Below, in pieces: positions 49,279 to 60,017 of a stretch of 64,000 bases of DNA; position 1 is the first letter of the stretch; each line of letters begins with the position of its first letter. The position numbers and the translations under genes are program-made. The stretch lies in the NCBI GenBank assembly GCA_963703225.1, contig OY969801.1, forward strand, positions 1,600,001 through 1,664,000, in the 5' to 3' direction. The DNA is from Candidatus Eiseniibacteriota bacterium (GTDB taxonomy: Bacteria; Eisenbacteria; RBG-16-71-46; SZUA-252). Under the pieces are notes generated by a model. That model worked only from the letters and a program-made list of their open reading frames with translations, was not told where the DNA came from and ran no database searches.

Positions 49279-50265
49279 CTACGGATACCGGCGCGGAAGA
49301 ACCGCGCCCAGAAGGAATTGGAGGGCGATCAGAACACACCCGATCGCCAGGAGCCAGGGGCCCACCTCGGCCCACTGGGTATACGAACGCATCTCGACCT
49401 GGGAGGGTTCCATGGCGTCGATGTCCCGGTAGACCTGCGCCAGGAGCTCGGCGTTGGTGGCTCGGAAATACTTGCCGTGGGTGATCGAGGCGACCGCCCG
49501 AAGCGTCGGCTCGTCGACGTCGGACTGGACCCAGACGTAGCGACGTCCCATCACCGGATCGTCGATGGGATAGGGCGCCTGCCCCAGCGTGCCCGCTCCG
49601 ACCGCGTAGACCCGCACGCCGACCGCCGCCGCGAGCCGCGCCGCGGTAACCGGGTCGACCGCGCCCGCGTTGTTGATCCCGTCGGTGAGCAGGATCAAGA
49701 CCTTGCTCTTTCCCTTCGCCTGCCGAAGCCGCTGCGCCCCCTGCGCGATGCCCGCGCCGACGGCGGTTCCGTCCGGAAGGAGACCAAAGTCGACGCCGTC
49801 AAGGAGCGCCGCGACGCCGTCGTAATCGAGCGACAAGGGCGCGATCAGCTCGCTTCGCCCGGCGAAGGCGATCAGGCCGATTCGATCCTGCGTCCGGCCG
49901 CGAATAAAATCCTTGGCCACCGCCTTGGCGACGTGGAGCCGATTCCGGGGGCGAAAATCTTCGCAGCGCATGCTCCCGGAAATGTCGATCGCGAGCATGA
50001 TGTCGATCCCCTGGCTCACGATCTCGCGCATTTCGCGTCCCGCCTGGGGCCTCGCCGCCGTGACCAGGAAGAGAAACATCGCCGCGGGGAGGAGCCACCC
50101 GCTCACGCGCGCGATGAGCGCGACGATACCGCCCGGCTTGGGCAGCGCCGTCAATGCGGGAACGGGCAGCTCGGGGCTCTTCCATCGGGAGCGCCGCGCG
50201 AGCCACAGAAGCACGACCGCGAATGGAATCAGGAGGAGGAGCGCCCAGGGCTCGCCGAATCGCAC
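49279..50265 (-). CDS. batA: VWA domain protein BatA
   Basis: GIDIMLAIDISGSM, DGTAVG, LLTDGINNAG, GKYFRAT. Confidence 0.92.
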   Translation of the reverse strand: MRFGEPWALLLLIPFAVVLLWLARRSRWKSPELPVPALTALPKPGGIVALIARVSGWLLPAAMFLFLVTAARPQAGREMREIVSQGIDIMLAIDISGSMRCEDFRPRNRLHVAKAVAKDFIRGRTQDRIGLIAFAGRSELIAPLSLDYDGVAALLDGVDFGLLPDGTAVGAGIAQGAQRLRQAKGKSKVLILLTDGINNAGAVDPVTAARLAAAVGVRVYAVGAGTLGQAPYPIDDPVMGRRYVWVQSDVDEPTLRAVASITHGKYFRATNAELLAQVYRDIDAMEPSQVEMRSYTQWAEVGPWLLAIGCVLIALQFLLGAVLPRRYP

Positions 50266-50268
50266 GGG

Positions 50269-51348
50269 CTAGGGCCCCGCCTGGGTCGTGCCTGGAGGCG
50301 GCCCGGCGTTCGGCTTAGAAGGCGTTTCCGCCGCTGAGCTGGGGGCCGGCCCCACGGCCTGATCCGCGCGAAGCCGACCGGCAAGCGCCACCGCCTGATC
50401 GAGCGCGGCGGCCGCTTCCGCCAAAGGATCTTCCTGCCGCGCGAACTTCGCGAGGTCGCTCCGGCGGAGCATCCGGCCCGCCGCCGTGATCGATTCCTTC
50501 GCAAGATCCCCGCGCTCGGAAAGCTCACGCTCCAGCTCCCAGGTCGTCCGATCGAGCGCCGGCACCCCGGTCACGACGGCGACGTAGCTCCGGACCGCGA
50601 GCGAAAGGCGATCGTAGAAGCGATCTCGAGGGAGCGATCCGACCTGGTCCCGCAGCTCCGCGACGGCGCGAAGAAAGATCGTCTCCGGCGGCTCGGGAGC
50701 GGCGCCTTGAAGCTCCACCTCCCGCGCGCTCCGCCTCGCCTTCAGGAAGAGATAGATCGCGGCGGCGATCAGCCCCGCGAGGGCGAGGACGCCGGCGATC
50801 GCCACGACGATGTCGAGCGGCCGAAGCTCGGTTGGCGTAGCACCGCGATCGGGCTCCACCGCGCCGGTCATGGCGGGCGTCAGGGAGTCGACAAAGAGCG
50901 TGTCGGGCGGGAACTCCAGCGTATCGGGGATGCCCTTTAAGACTGTCGGCAAGAGGACGCGCGGAAGGGGAAGGCGGCCGATGTCGAATCCCCGTGTTTC
51001 AAACGATGTGGTCCAGACGGTCTTGTTCTCGCGGCGGATCGCGCGCGGGGGCGACGCGTCGGTGATCTCGATCGTCGAGTCGGAGGGGCCCCGGATGAGC
51101 GGGCCCGGAGCGGCGCCGATCGTAAGCTCCGCCGCGAGCCGCCAGGCCGCGCGATCCCCGACGGTCACGCGCGGAGGATCGACCTGGCTCCTCAGGTAGT
51201 AGTGCAGCCCGCCGTGGACGCCCGAGCGTTCGGACGCCGGGGCTCGCATCGCGTCTCCCTTGGGGCCGCATCCCGCCGCGAGGATCCCGGCCGCGATCCA
51301 GGACAACAGAAAGGAGAAGCCCGACCGTTGCCCCGGGGCCGCTTCCAT
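50269..51348 (-). CDS. bat-operon membrane protein (DUF4381-like)
   Basis: Single TM, then FYDRLSLAVRSY, TTWEL, SDLAKFAR; lies between DUF58 and batA. Confidence 0.7.
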   Translation of the reverse strand: MEAAPGQRSGFSFLLSWIAAGILAAGCGPKGDAMRAPASERSGVHGGLHYYLRSQVDPPRVTVGDRAAWRLAAELTIGAAPGPLIRGPSDSTIEITDASPPRAIRRENKTVWTTSFETRGFDIGRLPLPRVLLPTVLKGIPDTLEFPPDTLFVDSLTPAMTGAVEPDRGATPTELRPLDIVVAIAGVLALAGLIAAAIYLFLKARRSAREVELQGAAPEPPETIFLRAVAELRDQVGSLPRDRFYDRLSLAVRSYVAVVTGVPALDRTTWELERELSERGDLAKESITAAGRMLRRSDLAKFARQEDPLAEAAAALDQAVALAGRLRADQAVGPAPSSAAETPSKPNAGPPPGTTQAGP

Positions 51349-51356
51349 CGCGGACC

Positions 51357-52232
51357 TCAACGCCGCCGCGCGCGCGCCTCGAAGTGTCGGATCAAGGCCG
51401 GCGCCGCGGGCGCGTCGGTGGGAATGGCGATGCGGCCCGCCCGCCCGCGAATGAGCGTGTCGGAGAGGGACCGCATCCGCCGTGCGCGGGTCGCCCGCCA
51501 CTCGTTTCGAGCGCGCCGGCCCCCCAGATCGACCCACGCCGTACGGCCGGTTTCGAGATCCCTCGCCAGCAGCAGCCCCGACGGCGGGAGGGTGCCCTCG
51601 AGCGGGTCCGACACTTCCAGGCTCACCAGCTCGTGACGCCGGCCGAGATGAACGAGCGCCCGATCGAAGTCTCCATCCATCCAGTCGGAGACGACGAACA
51701 CGATCGCTCGCCTCCGGAGCACCCGCCCGAGAAAGGAGAGCGCCTGCGACAGATCGGTGCCCGCTCCCTGGGGCTCGTAGGCGACCATCTCGCGAACGAT
51801 GCGGAGCGCGCGCGCCCGGCTCTTGGACGGCGGCAGATAGAGCTCGACCCGATCGGTGAAGAGAAGAAGCCCGACGCGATCCCGGTTTCTCGCCGCGGCG
51901 AGGGCGATGAGCGCGCCCGCCTCGGCCGCGGCCTCGCGCTTGGTCCGGGCTTTACTCCCGAACGCGAGCGACCCGGAGAGGTCGATCGCGACCACCACCG
52001 TCAGCTCCCGCTCCTCGTCGAACCGCTTGATGAAGGGACGCCCCACCCGTGCCGTGACGTTCCAGTCGATCGCGCGGATGTCGTCGCCGGGGACGTATTC
52101 GCGGACCTCCGCGAATTCCAGACCGTGGCCCCGGAACGCGCTCCTGTAGGCTCCCGAGAAGACCGCCTCGACCGCCCGTCGGCTCCGAATCGTGAGGCGG
52201 CGTACCTGCGCGAGGAGCTCGGGGGTGATCAC
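51357..52232 (-). CDS. DUF58 domain protein
   Basis: FRGHGLEFAEVREYVPGDDIRAIDWNVTAR, EERELTV. Confidence 0.93.
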   Translation of the reverse strand: MITPELLAQVRRLTIRSRRAVEAVFSGAYRSAFRGHGLEFAEVREYVPGDDIRAIDWNVTARVGRPFIKRFDEERELTVVVAIDLSGSLAFGSKARTKREAAAEAGALIALAAARNRDRVGLLLFTDRVELYLPPSKSRARALRIVREMVAYEPQGAGTDLSQALSFLGRVLRRRAIVFVVSDWMDGDFDRALVHLGRRHELVSLEVSDPLEGTLPPSGLLLARDLETGRTAWVDLGGRRARNEWRATRARRMRSLSDTLIRGRAGRIAIPTDAPAAPALIRHFEARARRR

Positions 52233-53224
52233 GGGACTTCGACGCGGGCGAGGATTCGCCGGGTCACCTCGTCGACCGGCACGCCCTCGGCTTCAGCCTC
52301 GTACGTGAGGAGGATGCGGTGCCGGAACACATCCGGCGCGAGGGTCTTGATGTCGTCGGGCGTCACGTAGGCCCGCCCCTCGAGGAACGCGTGCGCCCGA
52401 CCCCCGCGGGCCAGCGCCAGGGTGGCGCGCGGCGAGGCCCCGTACTGGATCAGGGGCCGTAGATCGAGACCGAATCGCTCGGGCTCGCGCGTCGCGTGGA
52501 CCAGATCGACGATGTACCGGCGAATCCGCTCGTCGAGGTAGATGCCGTGGACCGAGCGTCGCGAAGCGAGGATCCGCTCCACGCCCACCACCGGCCGCGG
52601 CGGCGCGGGCGGCTCCCCACCCATTCGGTCGAGGATGCGTCCCTCCTCCTCCGGACTCGGGTAGCCGACCCGAATCTTGAGGAGGAAGCGATCCATCTGC
52701 GCCTCGGGCAGTGGATAGGTTCCCTCCTGCTCGATGGGGTTTTGCGTCGCCAAGACCCAGAAGAGCGAGTCGAGCGGATAGGTCTTGTCGCCGATCGTCA
52801 CCTGCCGCTCCTGCATGGATTCCAATAGCGCGCTCTGGACCTTGGCCGGGGCGCGGTTGATCTCGTCGGCGAGAAGGATCTGGGTGAAGATCGGTCCAAG
52901 CTTGGGAGTGAACCCGCCGCTCTTGGGATCGAAGATCAACGTCCCCGTCAGGTCGGCCGGGAGAAGATCGGGCGTGAACTGGATGCGGCGGAACGTCGCC
53001 TCGATGGAATCGGCGACCGTCTTGACGGCGAGGGTCTTCGCGAGGCCCGGAACTCCCTCCAGAAGAAGGTGGCCGTCCGCGAGGAGGCCCACCAGGATCC
53101 GGCGCACCATTTCGCGCTGCCCGACGATGGTGCCCTCGATCTCGCTCAAGAGCGGCGAGATGAAGGCGCTTTCATCCCGCACCCGGGCCGTGCGCTCTTC
53201 GAGGCTCAATTCGCTCAAGGTCAT
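52229..53224 (-). CDS. moxR: MoxR family AAA+ ATPase
   Basis: LEGVPGLAKT, RIQFTPDLLPAD, DEINRAPAKVQSALLE, ATQNPIEQEGTYPLPEAQMDRF. Confidence 0.95.
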   Translation of the reverse strand: MTLSELSLEERTARVRDESAFISPLLSEIEGTIVGQREMVRRILVGLLADGHLLLEGVPGLAKTLAVKTVADSIEATFRRIQFTPDLLPADLTGTLIFDPKSGGFTPKLGPIFTQILLADEINRAPAKVQSALLESMQERQVTIGDKTYPLDSLFWVLATQNPIEQEGTYPLPEAQMDRFLLKIRVGYPSPEEEGRILDRMGGEPPAPPRPVVGVERILASRRSVHGIYLDERIRRYIVDLVHATREPERFGLDLRPLIQYGASPRATLALARGGRAHAFLEGRAYVTPDDIKTLAPDVFRHRILLTYEAEAEGVPVDEVTRRILARVEVP

Positions 53225-53238
53225 GATCGTGGAGTGCG

Positions 53239-54525
53239 CTAGGCCCCGCGGTTGGGATAGAGAGGGTAGGCGGCACAAAGATCGGCGACCTGCTTGCGGA
53301 TCTTCGCGAGCGCGCCCTCGTCGGCGCGGCGCTTGAGGGCTTCGTCGATCCAGCCCCCCAGCATCCGGAACTCAGCCTCGCCCGGCCCTCGGGTCGTCAC
53401 GGCCGCCGTTCCGATCCGGATCCCGCTGGTGACGGCCGGGGGCCTCGGATCGTCGGGCACGGCGTTCTTGTTCACGGTGATCCCCGCCTTGTGGAGCGCG
53501 TCCTCGGCTTCCGCCCCGGAAATGTCCGTCCCCTTGAAATCGACCAGGAGCAGGTGGTTGTCGGTCCCGCCGGTCACCAGCTTGTAACCCCGCGCCGTCA
53601 GCTCCGTCGCCAGAACCTTCGCGTTGGCCACGACCTGGCGGGCGTAGGCCCTGAACTCCGGGGTAGCCGCCTCCTTGAAGCAGACCGCCTTGGCCGCGAT
53701 CATGTGCATCAACGGGCCGCCCTGCATGCCTGGAAATACCGATTTATCAATCGCTTTGGCGAACTTGCTCTTGCAAAGAATGAGCCCACTCCGGGGGCCC
53801 CGGAGGGTCTTGTGGGTGGTGGAGGTCACCACGTCGGCGAGCGGAACGGGATTGGGGTGGACGCCCCCCGCGACGAGCCCCGCCACGTGGGCCATGTCGA
53901 CCACGAGCGCCGCACCCACCTCGTCCGCGATCGCGCGGAGCCGCGGGAAGTCAAAGAACCGCGGATAGGCGCTCGCGCCCGCGACAATTACCTTTGGAAG
54001 ATGCTCCCGCGCCAGCTGGGCGACCTGCTCGTAGTCGAGGAGGCCGGTCTCGCGGGAGAGACCGTATTGAACCGGTCGGAAGAGAATCCCCGAATAGCTG
54101 ACCTTGTGTCCGTGGGTCAGGTGGCCGCCGTGGGCGAGCGCCATACCGAGGAGCGTCGATCCCGGCGGCATGAGCGCCAAGTAGGCCGCCAGGTTGGCCT
54201 GCGCCCCCGCGTGCGGCTGGACGTTGGCGTGCTCCGCGCCGAAGAGCGCCTTGGCCCGCTCGATGGCGAGCGTCTCGGCTTGGTCGACGAACTCGCACCC
54301 GCCGTAATAGCGTTTGCCGGGATACCCTTCGGCGTACTTGTTGGTGAGCGGGGAGCCCATCGCCTCGAGCACCGCCTCGCTCACGAAATTCTCGGAGGCG
54401 ATCAGCTCCAGAGTCGACTGCTGGCGCCGGACCTCGTCCCGGATCGCCGCGGCGATCTCGGGATCGACGGCGCTGAGGGGCGCGTCCTGCGCGGCCGAGC
54501 GGGTTGTCTCCACCGGGCGGGTCAT
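53239..54525 (-). CDS. glyA: Serine hydroxymethyltransferase
   Basis: [40 protein letters not shown]. Confidence 0.97.
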   Translation of the reverse strand: MTRPVETTRSAAQDAPLSAVDPEIAAAIRDEVRRQQSTLELIASENFVSEAVLEAMGSPLTNKYAEGYPGKRYYGGCEFVDQAETLAIERAKALFGAEHANVQPHAGAQANLAAYLALMPPGSTLLGMALAHGGHLTHGHKVSYSGILFRPVQYGLSRETGLLDYEQVAQLAREHLPKVIVAGASAYPRFFDFPRLRAIADEVGAALVVDMAHVAGLVAGGVHPNPVPLADVVTSTTHKTLRGPRSGLILCKSKFAKAIDKSVFPGMQGGPLMHMIAAKAVCFKEAATPEFRAYARQVVANAKVLATELTARGYKLVTGGTDNHLLLVDFKGTDISGAEAEDALHKAGITVNKNAVPDDPRPPAVTSGIRIGTAAVTTRGPGEAEFRMLGGWIDEALKRRADEGALAKIRKQVADLCAAYPLYPNRGA

Positions 54526-54547
54526 TCGCGGGCCGTCGGCGGTCGGA

Positions 54548-55510
54548 TCAGCGGGCTTTCTTCGCCGCGCGCTGGACCTTGTCCTTGGCCTCCACCGCGA
54601 AGAGCCACCCGTGGCGGTCGCGGGCACGGCCCTCGATGATATCGAAGAAGGAATCTTGAAGGCGCCGCGTCACCGGGCCGACCGTCCCGCTTCCCACCTT
54701 CATCTTGTCGATGGAGTTGATCGGCGTGATCTCGGCGGCGGTCCCGGTGAAGAAGACTTCGTCCGCGATGTAGAGAGCCTCGCGCGGAATTTGATCCTCA
54801 CGCACCTCGTATCCCAGATCGCGAGCCAGCTCGATCACGGTCTCTCGTGTGATGCCCGGAAGAATCGCGTTCGCAAGCGTCGGCGTCTGCAGCACTCCGT
54901 TTCGGACGAGGAAGATATTCTCCCCGCTCCCCTCGGCGACGTAGCCGAAGGAGTCCAGCGCGATCCCCTCTTCGTACCCATCGGTGATCGCTTCGAGCTT
55001 GATGAGCTGGCTGTTCATGTAATTGGCGCCCGTCTTGGCCATGTAGGGGAAGGTGTCGGGAGCGGCGCGACGCCAGGACGAAACCTTGACCGAAATGCCC
55101 CGCGTGAGCGCGTCCTTGCCCAGATACTTCCCCCAGTTCAGCGTCGCGATGGCGACGTCGACGGGCACGCCCGTGGGATTGACGCCCAACGTCTTGAAGC
55201 CGCGATAGACGACCGGCCGGATGTAGCACGCCTCGCCTCCGTTTCGGCGCACGGTCTCTCGGACCGCCTCCATCAACTCGTCGAACGAGTAGGGGCAGTC
55301 GATCCGGGAGATCTTGCACGAGTCGAGGAGCCGCTGGACGTGGCGATCGAGGCGGAATACCGCGGTCCCGCGCGGCGTGGCGTAGGCACGGATGCCCTCG
55401 AACGCGCTGGAGCCGTAGTGCACGACGTGCGAAAGGACGTGAATCTTGGCGTCCTCGTACGGGACGAACTTGCCATTCATCCAGATGAACGAATTGGATT
55501 CTCGCGCCAT
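54548..55510 (-). CDS. ilvE: Branched-chain amino acid aminotransferase
   Basis: [47 protein letters not shown]. Confidence 0.95.
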   Translation of the reverse strand: MARESNSFIWMNGKFVPYEDAKIHVLSHVVHYGSSAFEGIRAYATPRGTAVFRLDRHVQRLLDSCKISRIDCPYSFDELMEAVRETVRRNGGEACYIRPVVYRGFKTLGVNPTGVPVDVAIATLNWGKYLGKDALTRGISVKVSSWRRAAPDTFPYMAKTGANYMNSQLIKLEAITDGYEEGIALDSFGYVAEGSGENIFLVRNGVLQTPTLANAILPGITRETVIELARDLGYEVREDQIPREALYIADEVFFTGTAAEITPINSIDKMKVGSGTVGPVTRRLQDSFFDIIEGRARDRHGWLFAVEAKDKVQRAAKKAR

Positions 55511-55548
55511 GCGCTCCTCCTTGGCCCGCCCTTCGGGGGCGCGCTGCT

Positions 55549-56040
55549 TCACCGCACGCCCTCGCTCCGCTCGGCCGCCTCGCGAATGTAAGGCAGCCAG
55601 CGGATCACGTGGCTCTCGATCCGCTTGAAGGCATCTTGGTACGCGGCGGCGGTGCCGCCGATGGGATCCTGCACTCCTAGCTCCGCGGGGTTCCCGGTTT
55701 CTCCGCCGGGCCTCGATATCAGACGGATCCGGTCGGCAGCCTCGGGTGCGAGCGCGCGGGCGCGCGCGACATGGTCCGGCTCCATGCAAAGAATCAAGTC
55801 CGACTCTCCCAAAAGCCCCGCCGTAAGCAGCGTGGCGCGGTGCTGGCGGATGTCGATCCCCCGCGCCGCGGCGGTCTCGACCGCGAGCGTGGTCGCGGGC
55901 ATCCCCTCCGGCGCCATCGTGCCGGCCGAGCGCACGACGACCTGCCCGGTCAGTTCGGAAGGAATCATCGAGCGCAAAATCCCTTCGGCCATGGGGCTAC
56001 GGCACGTGTTTCCGGTGCAGAGCATGAGAACCTGGAACAA
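55549..56040 (-). CDS. Low-molecular-weight protein phosphatase, YwlE-type (pArg) signature
   Basis: CTGNTCRSPMAE, SAGT, DPIGG. Confidence 0.88.
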   Translation of the reverse strand: MFQVLMLCTGNTCRSPMAEGILRSMIPSELTGQVVVRSAGTMAPEGMPATTLAVETAAARGIDIRQHRATLLTAGLLGESDLILCMEPDHVARARALAPEAADRIRLISRPGGETGNPAELGVQDPIGGTAAAYQDAFKRIESHVIRWLPYIREAAERSEGVR

Positions 56041-56085
56041 GGAGCCTCGCCTCTGAGTCCTGTGGTGTGCGGACGAGAGTCGAGT

Positions 56086-56751
56086 TTACGAGGCGCTCCG
56101 GGGACCGTCAAGGGGCGCTTCCCCCACCACCACGGCGCCCTCTCGAAGGACGAGGACCGAATCTCCAGCCACCCGAACGATCGTGGAGGCAATGCCCGAG
56201 CGCGGGCCCTGATCGACGATGAGGTCCACCCCGTCGAGGGCCGCCTCTTCCGCGCGCGACGGGGGACGCGATCCAGGGGCATTCGCCGAAGTTGAAATCA
56301 GGAGACCGCCGCAAGAGCGGGTCACCGCGCGCAGGAAGTCGCTGCCCGGGCAGCGGAGCGCGATGGTGCCATCCGGGGCGCGGAGCGCCTCCGGGGCCGA
56401 GGAGGAGGCCGGGAGGACCAGCGTGAGCGGGCCGGGCCAATGCTCCCGCGCGAGATCAACCGCACGCTTGGGGACCGGCTCCGCGTAGCGCGTCAGGGCG
56501 TCCGGGTCGGCGATCAGGCCGATCCAGGCGCGGCTTCCATCTCCCGGCTTGAGCCCTCGCAGACGTTGGACGGCGGCGGGGTGGTCGGGTCGCAGGTGGA
56601 GGCCGTAGAGCCCCTCGGCCGGGAGGACGGCGATGCCGCCGGCGTTGAGCACCGAGGCCGCGCGCGACACCGCGTCCGCCCAGGCCGCGGCGCCCGTTCC
56701 GGGGGGCCCGCCCTCGCCTTCTCGCCAGGCGGCCAGGAGAATCCGCTCCAT
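56086..56751 (-). CDS. tsaC: Sua5/YciO/YrdC family (threonylcarbamoyl-AMP synthase-like)
   Basis: PAEGLYGL, WPGPLTLVL, STSAN, STIV, LREGA. Confidence 0.78.
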   Translation of the reverse strand: MERILLAAWREGEGGPPGTGAAAWADAVSRAASVLNAGGIAVLPAEGLYGLHLRPDHPAAVQRLRGLKPGDGSRAWIGLIADPDALTRYAEPVPKRAVDLAREHWPGPLTLVLPASSSAPEALRAPDGTIALRCPGSDFLRAVTRSCGGLLISTSANAPGSRPPSRAEEAALDGVDLIVDQGPRSGIASTIVRVAGDSVLVLREGAVVVGEAPLDGPRSAS

Positions 56752-56762
56752 GGCCGCGGCGC

Positions 56763-57239
56763 TCAGAGCTTCTCGCCCCGCGCGAGCCGCTGCTTCAAAT
56801 CCTCCAGCTTGAGCCTGAGCGCGGGATCGGCGAGCGCGAGGATCTGAACGGCGAGGACCGCGGCATTCTTGGCGCCGGCCGAGCCGATCGCCACCGTCGC
56901 CACCGGGACGCCGGCGGGCATCTGGACTGTGGAGTAGAGGGCATCGACCCCCTGAAGGGGCGACCCGTCCAACGGGACCCCGATCACCGGGAGCGACGTG
57001 TGGGCCGCCACGGCGCCGGCGAGGTGGTTCGCCATTCCCGCCGCGGCAATGAAGACCTCCACGCCCCTTCCCGGCGCCCCGTGGACGATCTCGCGCACCC
57101 GGTCGGGGCTTCGATGCGCGGAGGCCTGCTCCATCTCGTGCGCCACGCCGAAAGAATCGAGAATGCGGGCGGCCTCCTCCATGGTGGATCGGTCGGATTC
57201 GCTCCCAAACAGGATCGCGACACGCGGCTTAGCGCTCAT
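56763..57239 (-). CDS. purE: N5-CAIR mutase
   Basis: GSESD, SAHRSP, AGMANHLAG, VQMPAGVPVATVAIG. Confidence 0.96.
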   Translation of the reverse strand: MSAKPRVAILFGSESDRSTMEEAARILDSFGVAHEMEQASAHRSPDRVREIVHGAPGRGVEVFIAAAGMANHLAGAVAAHTSLPVIGVPLDGSPLQGVDALYSTVQMPAGVPVATVAIGSAGAKNAAVLAVQILALADPALRLKLEDLKQRLARGEKL

Positions 57240-58533
57240 CGGCTCTCGCTCCGGAGGGTTGGGGCATGACGGCGATATCCCGCCGATACTGCATTCCGTC
57301 GAATCGTATCCGCTTCACGGCGGCGTAGGCCGCCTCCCGAGCCCGTTCGATGGTTTCGGAGCGCGCCGTCACGCCGAGGACCCGGCCCCCGCTCGTCACC
57401 CAGCGCGTGCCGCGCCGGTCGATGCCCGCGCAGAACACCCGGACCCCGTGGGGCCAGGGGCCGTCGAGCCCCTCGATGACGTCCCCCGTCTCGGGATTTC
57501 CAGGGTAGCCCCGCGCTGCCAGAACGACGCAGACCGCCGCGCCCGTGTGCGCCACGAAGGTCCCATGCCGCGCGGCCGGGAGCGCCCCCCGCGCGGCCGC
57601 GAGAAAGAGCGGGTAGAGGTCCTCCGCCGCCAGCGGGAGCACGACCTGCGCCTCGGGATCGCCGAAGCGCGCGTTGATCTCGAGCACCATCGGGCCCGAC
57701 GCCGTGAGCATGAGCCCAAGATAGAGGATGCCGCGATACGGCGTGTTGGCCTCTCGGAGCGAGCGGAGGAGCGGCTCGACGAACCGGCGCGCGATCGCGA
57801 GCGCCTCGGGCGCGGTGGGCACGCGGGCCGGGGCGAAGGTCCCCATGCCTCCGGTGTTCGGCCCCGTATCTCCGTCGCCGATCCGCTTGTGGTCTCGCGC
57901 CGGGGGAAAGAGCATCCACCGCTCGCCGTCGGTCAGGACGAGCACCGAGGTCTCCTCCCCTTCGAGACACTCTTCCACGATGAGGGTCCGCGCCGCGTCC
58001 CCGAGGGCGCCGCGCCGCATCCAGGCCTCGATCGTTTCCCGCGCCGCGGCCAGGTTCTGCGCGATGACGACGCCCTTTCCGGCCGCCAACCCGTCCGCCT
58101 TGAGCACGAGGGGATACGCGGCTCCATCGACGAGGCGCTCCGCTTCCTCCGCCGACTCCGCGACGCGGAACGCGGCGGTCGGCAAGCCCAGGCGGCGCAG
58201 GACCTCCTTGGTGTGCCTCTTGCTCGTCTCTAGGCGGGCCGCTTCGCGCACCGGGCCGAGCACGGGAATCCCCGCGGACGCAAGCTCATCGGCGAGGCCC
58301 AGCCCGAGGGGCGCTTCGGAGCCGGCGATGACAAGGTCCACCGAATGCGCCTTGCTCCAGTCCACGATCCGGGGAACGTCCGTCGCCGGGATCGAAACGC
58401 GCTCGGCGATCGACTCCATGCCCGGATTCCCCGGGGCCACGTACAAGCGCGGATGCTCGGCCGAAGCGTGGAGCGCGTCCAGGATCGCGTGTTCCCGTCC
58501 GCCCTGGCCCACGACCAGGACGCGCGGGTCCAT
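57229..58533 (-). CDS. purD: Phosphoribosylamine--glycine ligase
   Basis: GGREHA, KADGLAAGKGV, DHKRIGDGDTGPNTGGMG, RFGDPE, GGRVL. Confidence 0.96.
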   Translation of the reverse strand: MDPRVLVVGQGGREHAILDALHASAEHPRLYVAPGNPGMESIAERVSIPATDVPRIVDWSKAHSVDLVIAGSEAPLGLGLADELASAGIPVLGPVREAARLETSKRHTKEVLRRLGLPTAAFRVAESAEEAERLVDGAAYPLVLKADGLAAGKGVVIAQNLAAARETIEAWMRRGALGDAARTLIVEECLEGEETSVLVLTDGERWMLFPPARDHKRIGDGDTGPNTGGMGTFAPARVPTAPEALAIARRFVEPLLRSLREANTPYRGILYLGLMLTASGPMVLEINARFGDPEAQVVLPLAAEDLYPLFLAAARGALPAARHGTFVAHTGAAVCVVLAARGYPGNPETGDVIEGLDGPWPHGVRVFCAGIDRRGTRWVTSGGRVLGVTARSETIERAREAAYAAVKRIRFDGMQYRRDIAVMPQPSGARADER

Positions 58534-60017
58534 CACTTCACCCCCGTCAGAACGGCCCGAAGCGCCGACTGGAGCTTCTCGGGGTGCGCGCGGCCGCGCG
58601 ATTGCTTCATCGCCTGACCGACGAGGAACGCGAAAGTCTTCTCCTTCCCCGCCCGGAATTCCGCGGCGGGTCCAGGATTGGCGGCGATCACTTCCATCGC
58701 CAACGCACGGAGCGCCCCCTCGTCGTCGATCGGAAGCAGGCCGTGGCGCTGGATCAGATCCTCGGGGGCGGCGGAGTCCTTGAGCATGAGCTCGAACACC
58801 TGCTTCGCGATCTTTCCCGAAATCTTCCCGTCCGCGATCAGGCGGACCATGTCGCCCAGGCGGTCGGAGCGAATCGGGAATTGCTCGATGGTGAGGCCGG
58901 CCTTGTTCCGGACCGCGTTGACCTCGGTCATGATCCAGTTGGAGGCGAGCTTGGGCTGCCCCGACCGGGCGGCTACTTCCTCATAGTAGGCCGCGAGTGC
59001 GCGGGTCTCGGTGAGCACGTCCGCGTCATACTCGGGAATCTTGTGCTCCCGAACCAGGCGCTCCCAGAGCTGCTGCGGCAGCTCCGGCAGCCGTGCCCGC
59101 ACCGACTCGATCCACTCCGGCGTGAGGTCGATCGGCAAGAGATCGGGCTCGGGAAAATAGCGGTAGTCGTGCGCCTCTTCCTTGCTCCGCATCGCCTCGG
59201 CGACGCCCCGCTCCGAGCTCCAGAGGAGGGTCTCCTGGACGACCCGCCCCCCCGCCTCGATCACCGCCACCTGCCGCTCGATCTCGAACGCGATGGCGCG
59301 ATCGACGAAACGGAACGAGTTCAGATTCTTGATCTCAGTCTTGGTCCCCAGCTCCTTCGCGCCCTTCGCCCGCACGGACACGTTCGCGTCGCAGCGGAGG
59401 CTCCCCTCCTCCATGTTCCCGTCGCAGACGTCGAGGTAGACGAGGAGTTGCCGCAGCCGCGCCATGTAGTCGGTGGCTTCCTCGCCCGACCTGATGTCGG
59501 GCTCAGAAACGATCTCGATCAGCGGGACGCCCGCCCGGTTCAGGTCGACCCGCGTCGTGTCGATCCCCTCCCGTCCCTCGGGGTGGATCGATTTGCCCGC
59601 GTCCTCTTCGAGATGGATCCGGACGAGGCCGATCGTCTTCCACGCGTCCCCCGAGCGGATCCGAAGCGACCCGCCCTCGCAGAGCGGACGGTCGTACTGC
59701 GAGATCTGGTAGCCTTTGGGAAGGTCGGGATAGAAGTAGTTCTTCCGGGCGAAGACGCTGCGCGTGGCGATCGTGGCCCCCACCGCGAGGCCCACCATCA
59801 CCGCGTCCACCACGGCCCGCTCGTTCAAGACCGGAAGCACGCCCGGAAGGCCGAGGCAGACCGGGCAGACCTGGGTATTGGGCTTGGCGCCGAACCGCGT
59901 CGAGCAGGAGCAGAAAATCTTGGATCGGGTCTTGAGCTGGGCGTGGACCTCGAGCCCGATCACCGGCTCGTAGCGGTCGCGCGCCCCGCTCACCGCGGGG
60001 GCAGAGGTCGCGCTCAC
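58533..60017 (-). CDS. gatB: Asp/Glu-tRNA amidotransferase subunit B
   Basis: IGLEVHAQL, RKNYFYPDLPKGYQISQ, HLEEDAGK, DYRYFPEPDL. Confidence 0.97.
   Translation of the reverse strand: MSATSAPAVSGARDRYEPVIGLEVHAQLKTRSKIFCSCSTRFGAKPNTQVCPVCLGLPGVLPVLNERAVVDAVMVGLAVGATIATRSVFARKNYFYPDLPKGYQISQYDRPLCEGGSLRIRSGDAWKTIGLVRIHLEEDAGKSIHPEGREGIDTTRVDLNRAGVPLIEIVSEPDIRSGEEATDYMARLRQLLVYLDVCDGNMEEGSLRCDANVSVRAKGAKELGTKTEIKNLNSFRFVDRAIAFEIERQVAVIEAGGRVVQETLLWSSERGVAEAMRSKEEAHDYRYFPEPDLLPIDLTPEWIESVRARLPELPQQLWERLVREHKIPEYDADVLTETRALAAYYEEVAARSGQPKLASNWIMTEVNAVRNKAGLTIEQFPIRSDRLGDMVRLIADGKISGKIAKQVFELMLKDSAAPEDLIQRHGLLPIDDEGALRALAMEVIAANPGPAAEFRAGKEKTFAFLVGQAMKQSRGRAHPEKLQSALRAVLTGVK

Noticed and set aside
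45053..53224. moxR-DUF58-batABCDE as a novel system
   Set aside because: A well-described operon architecture; nothing clearly atypical here.
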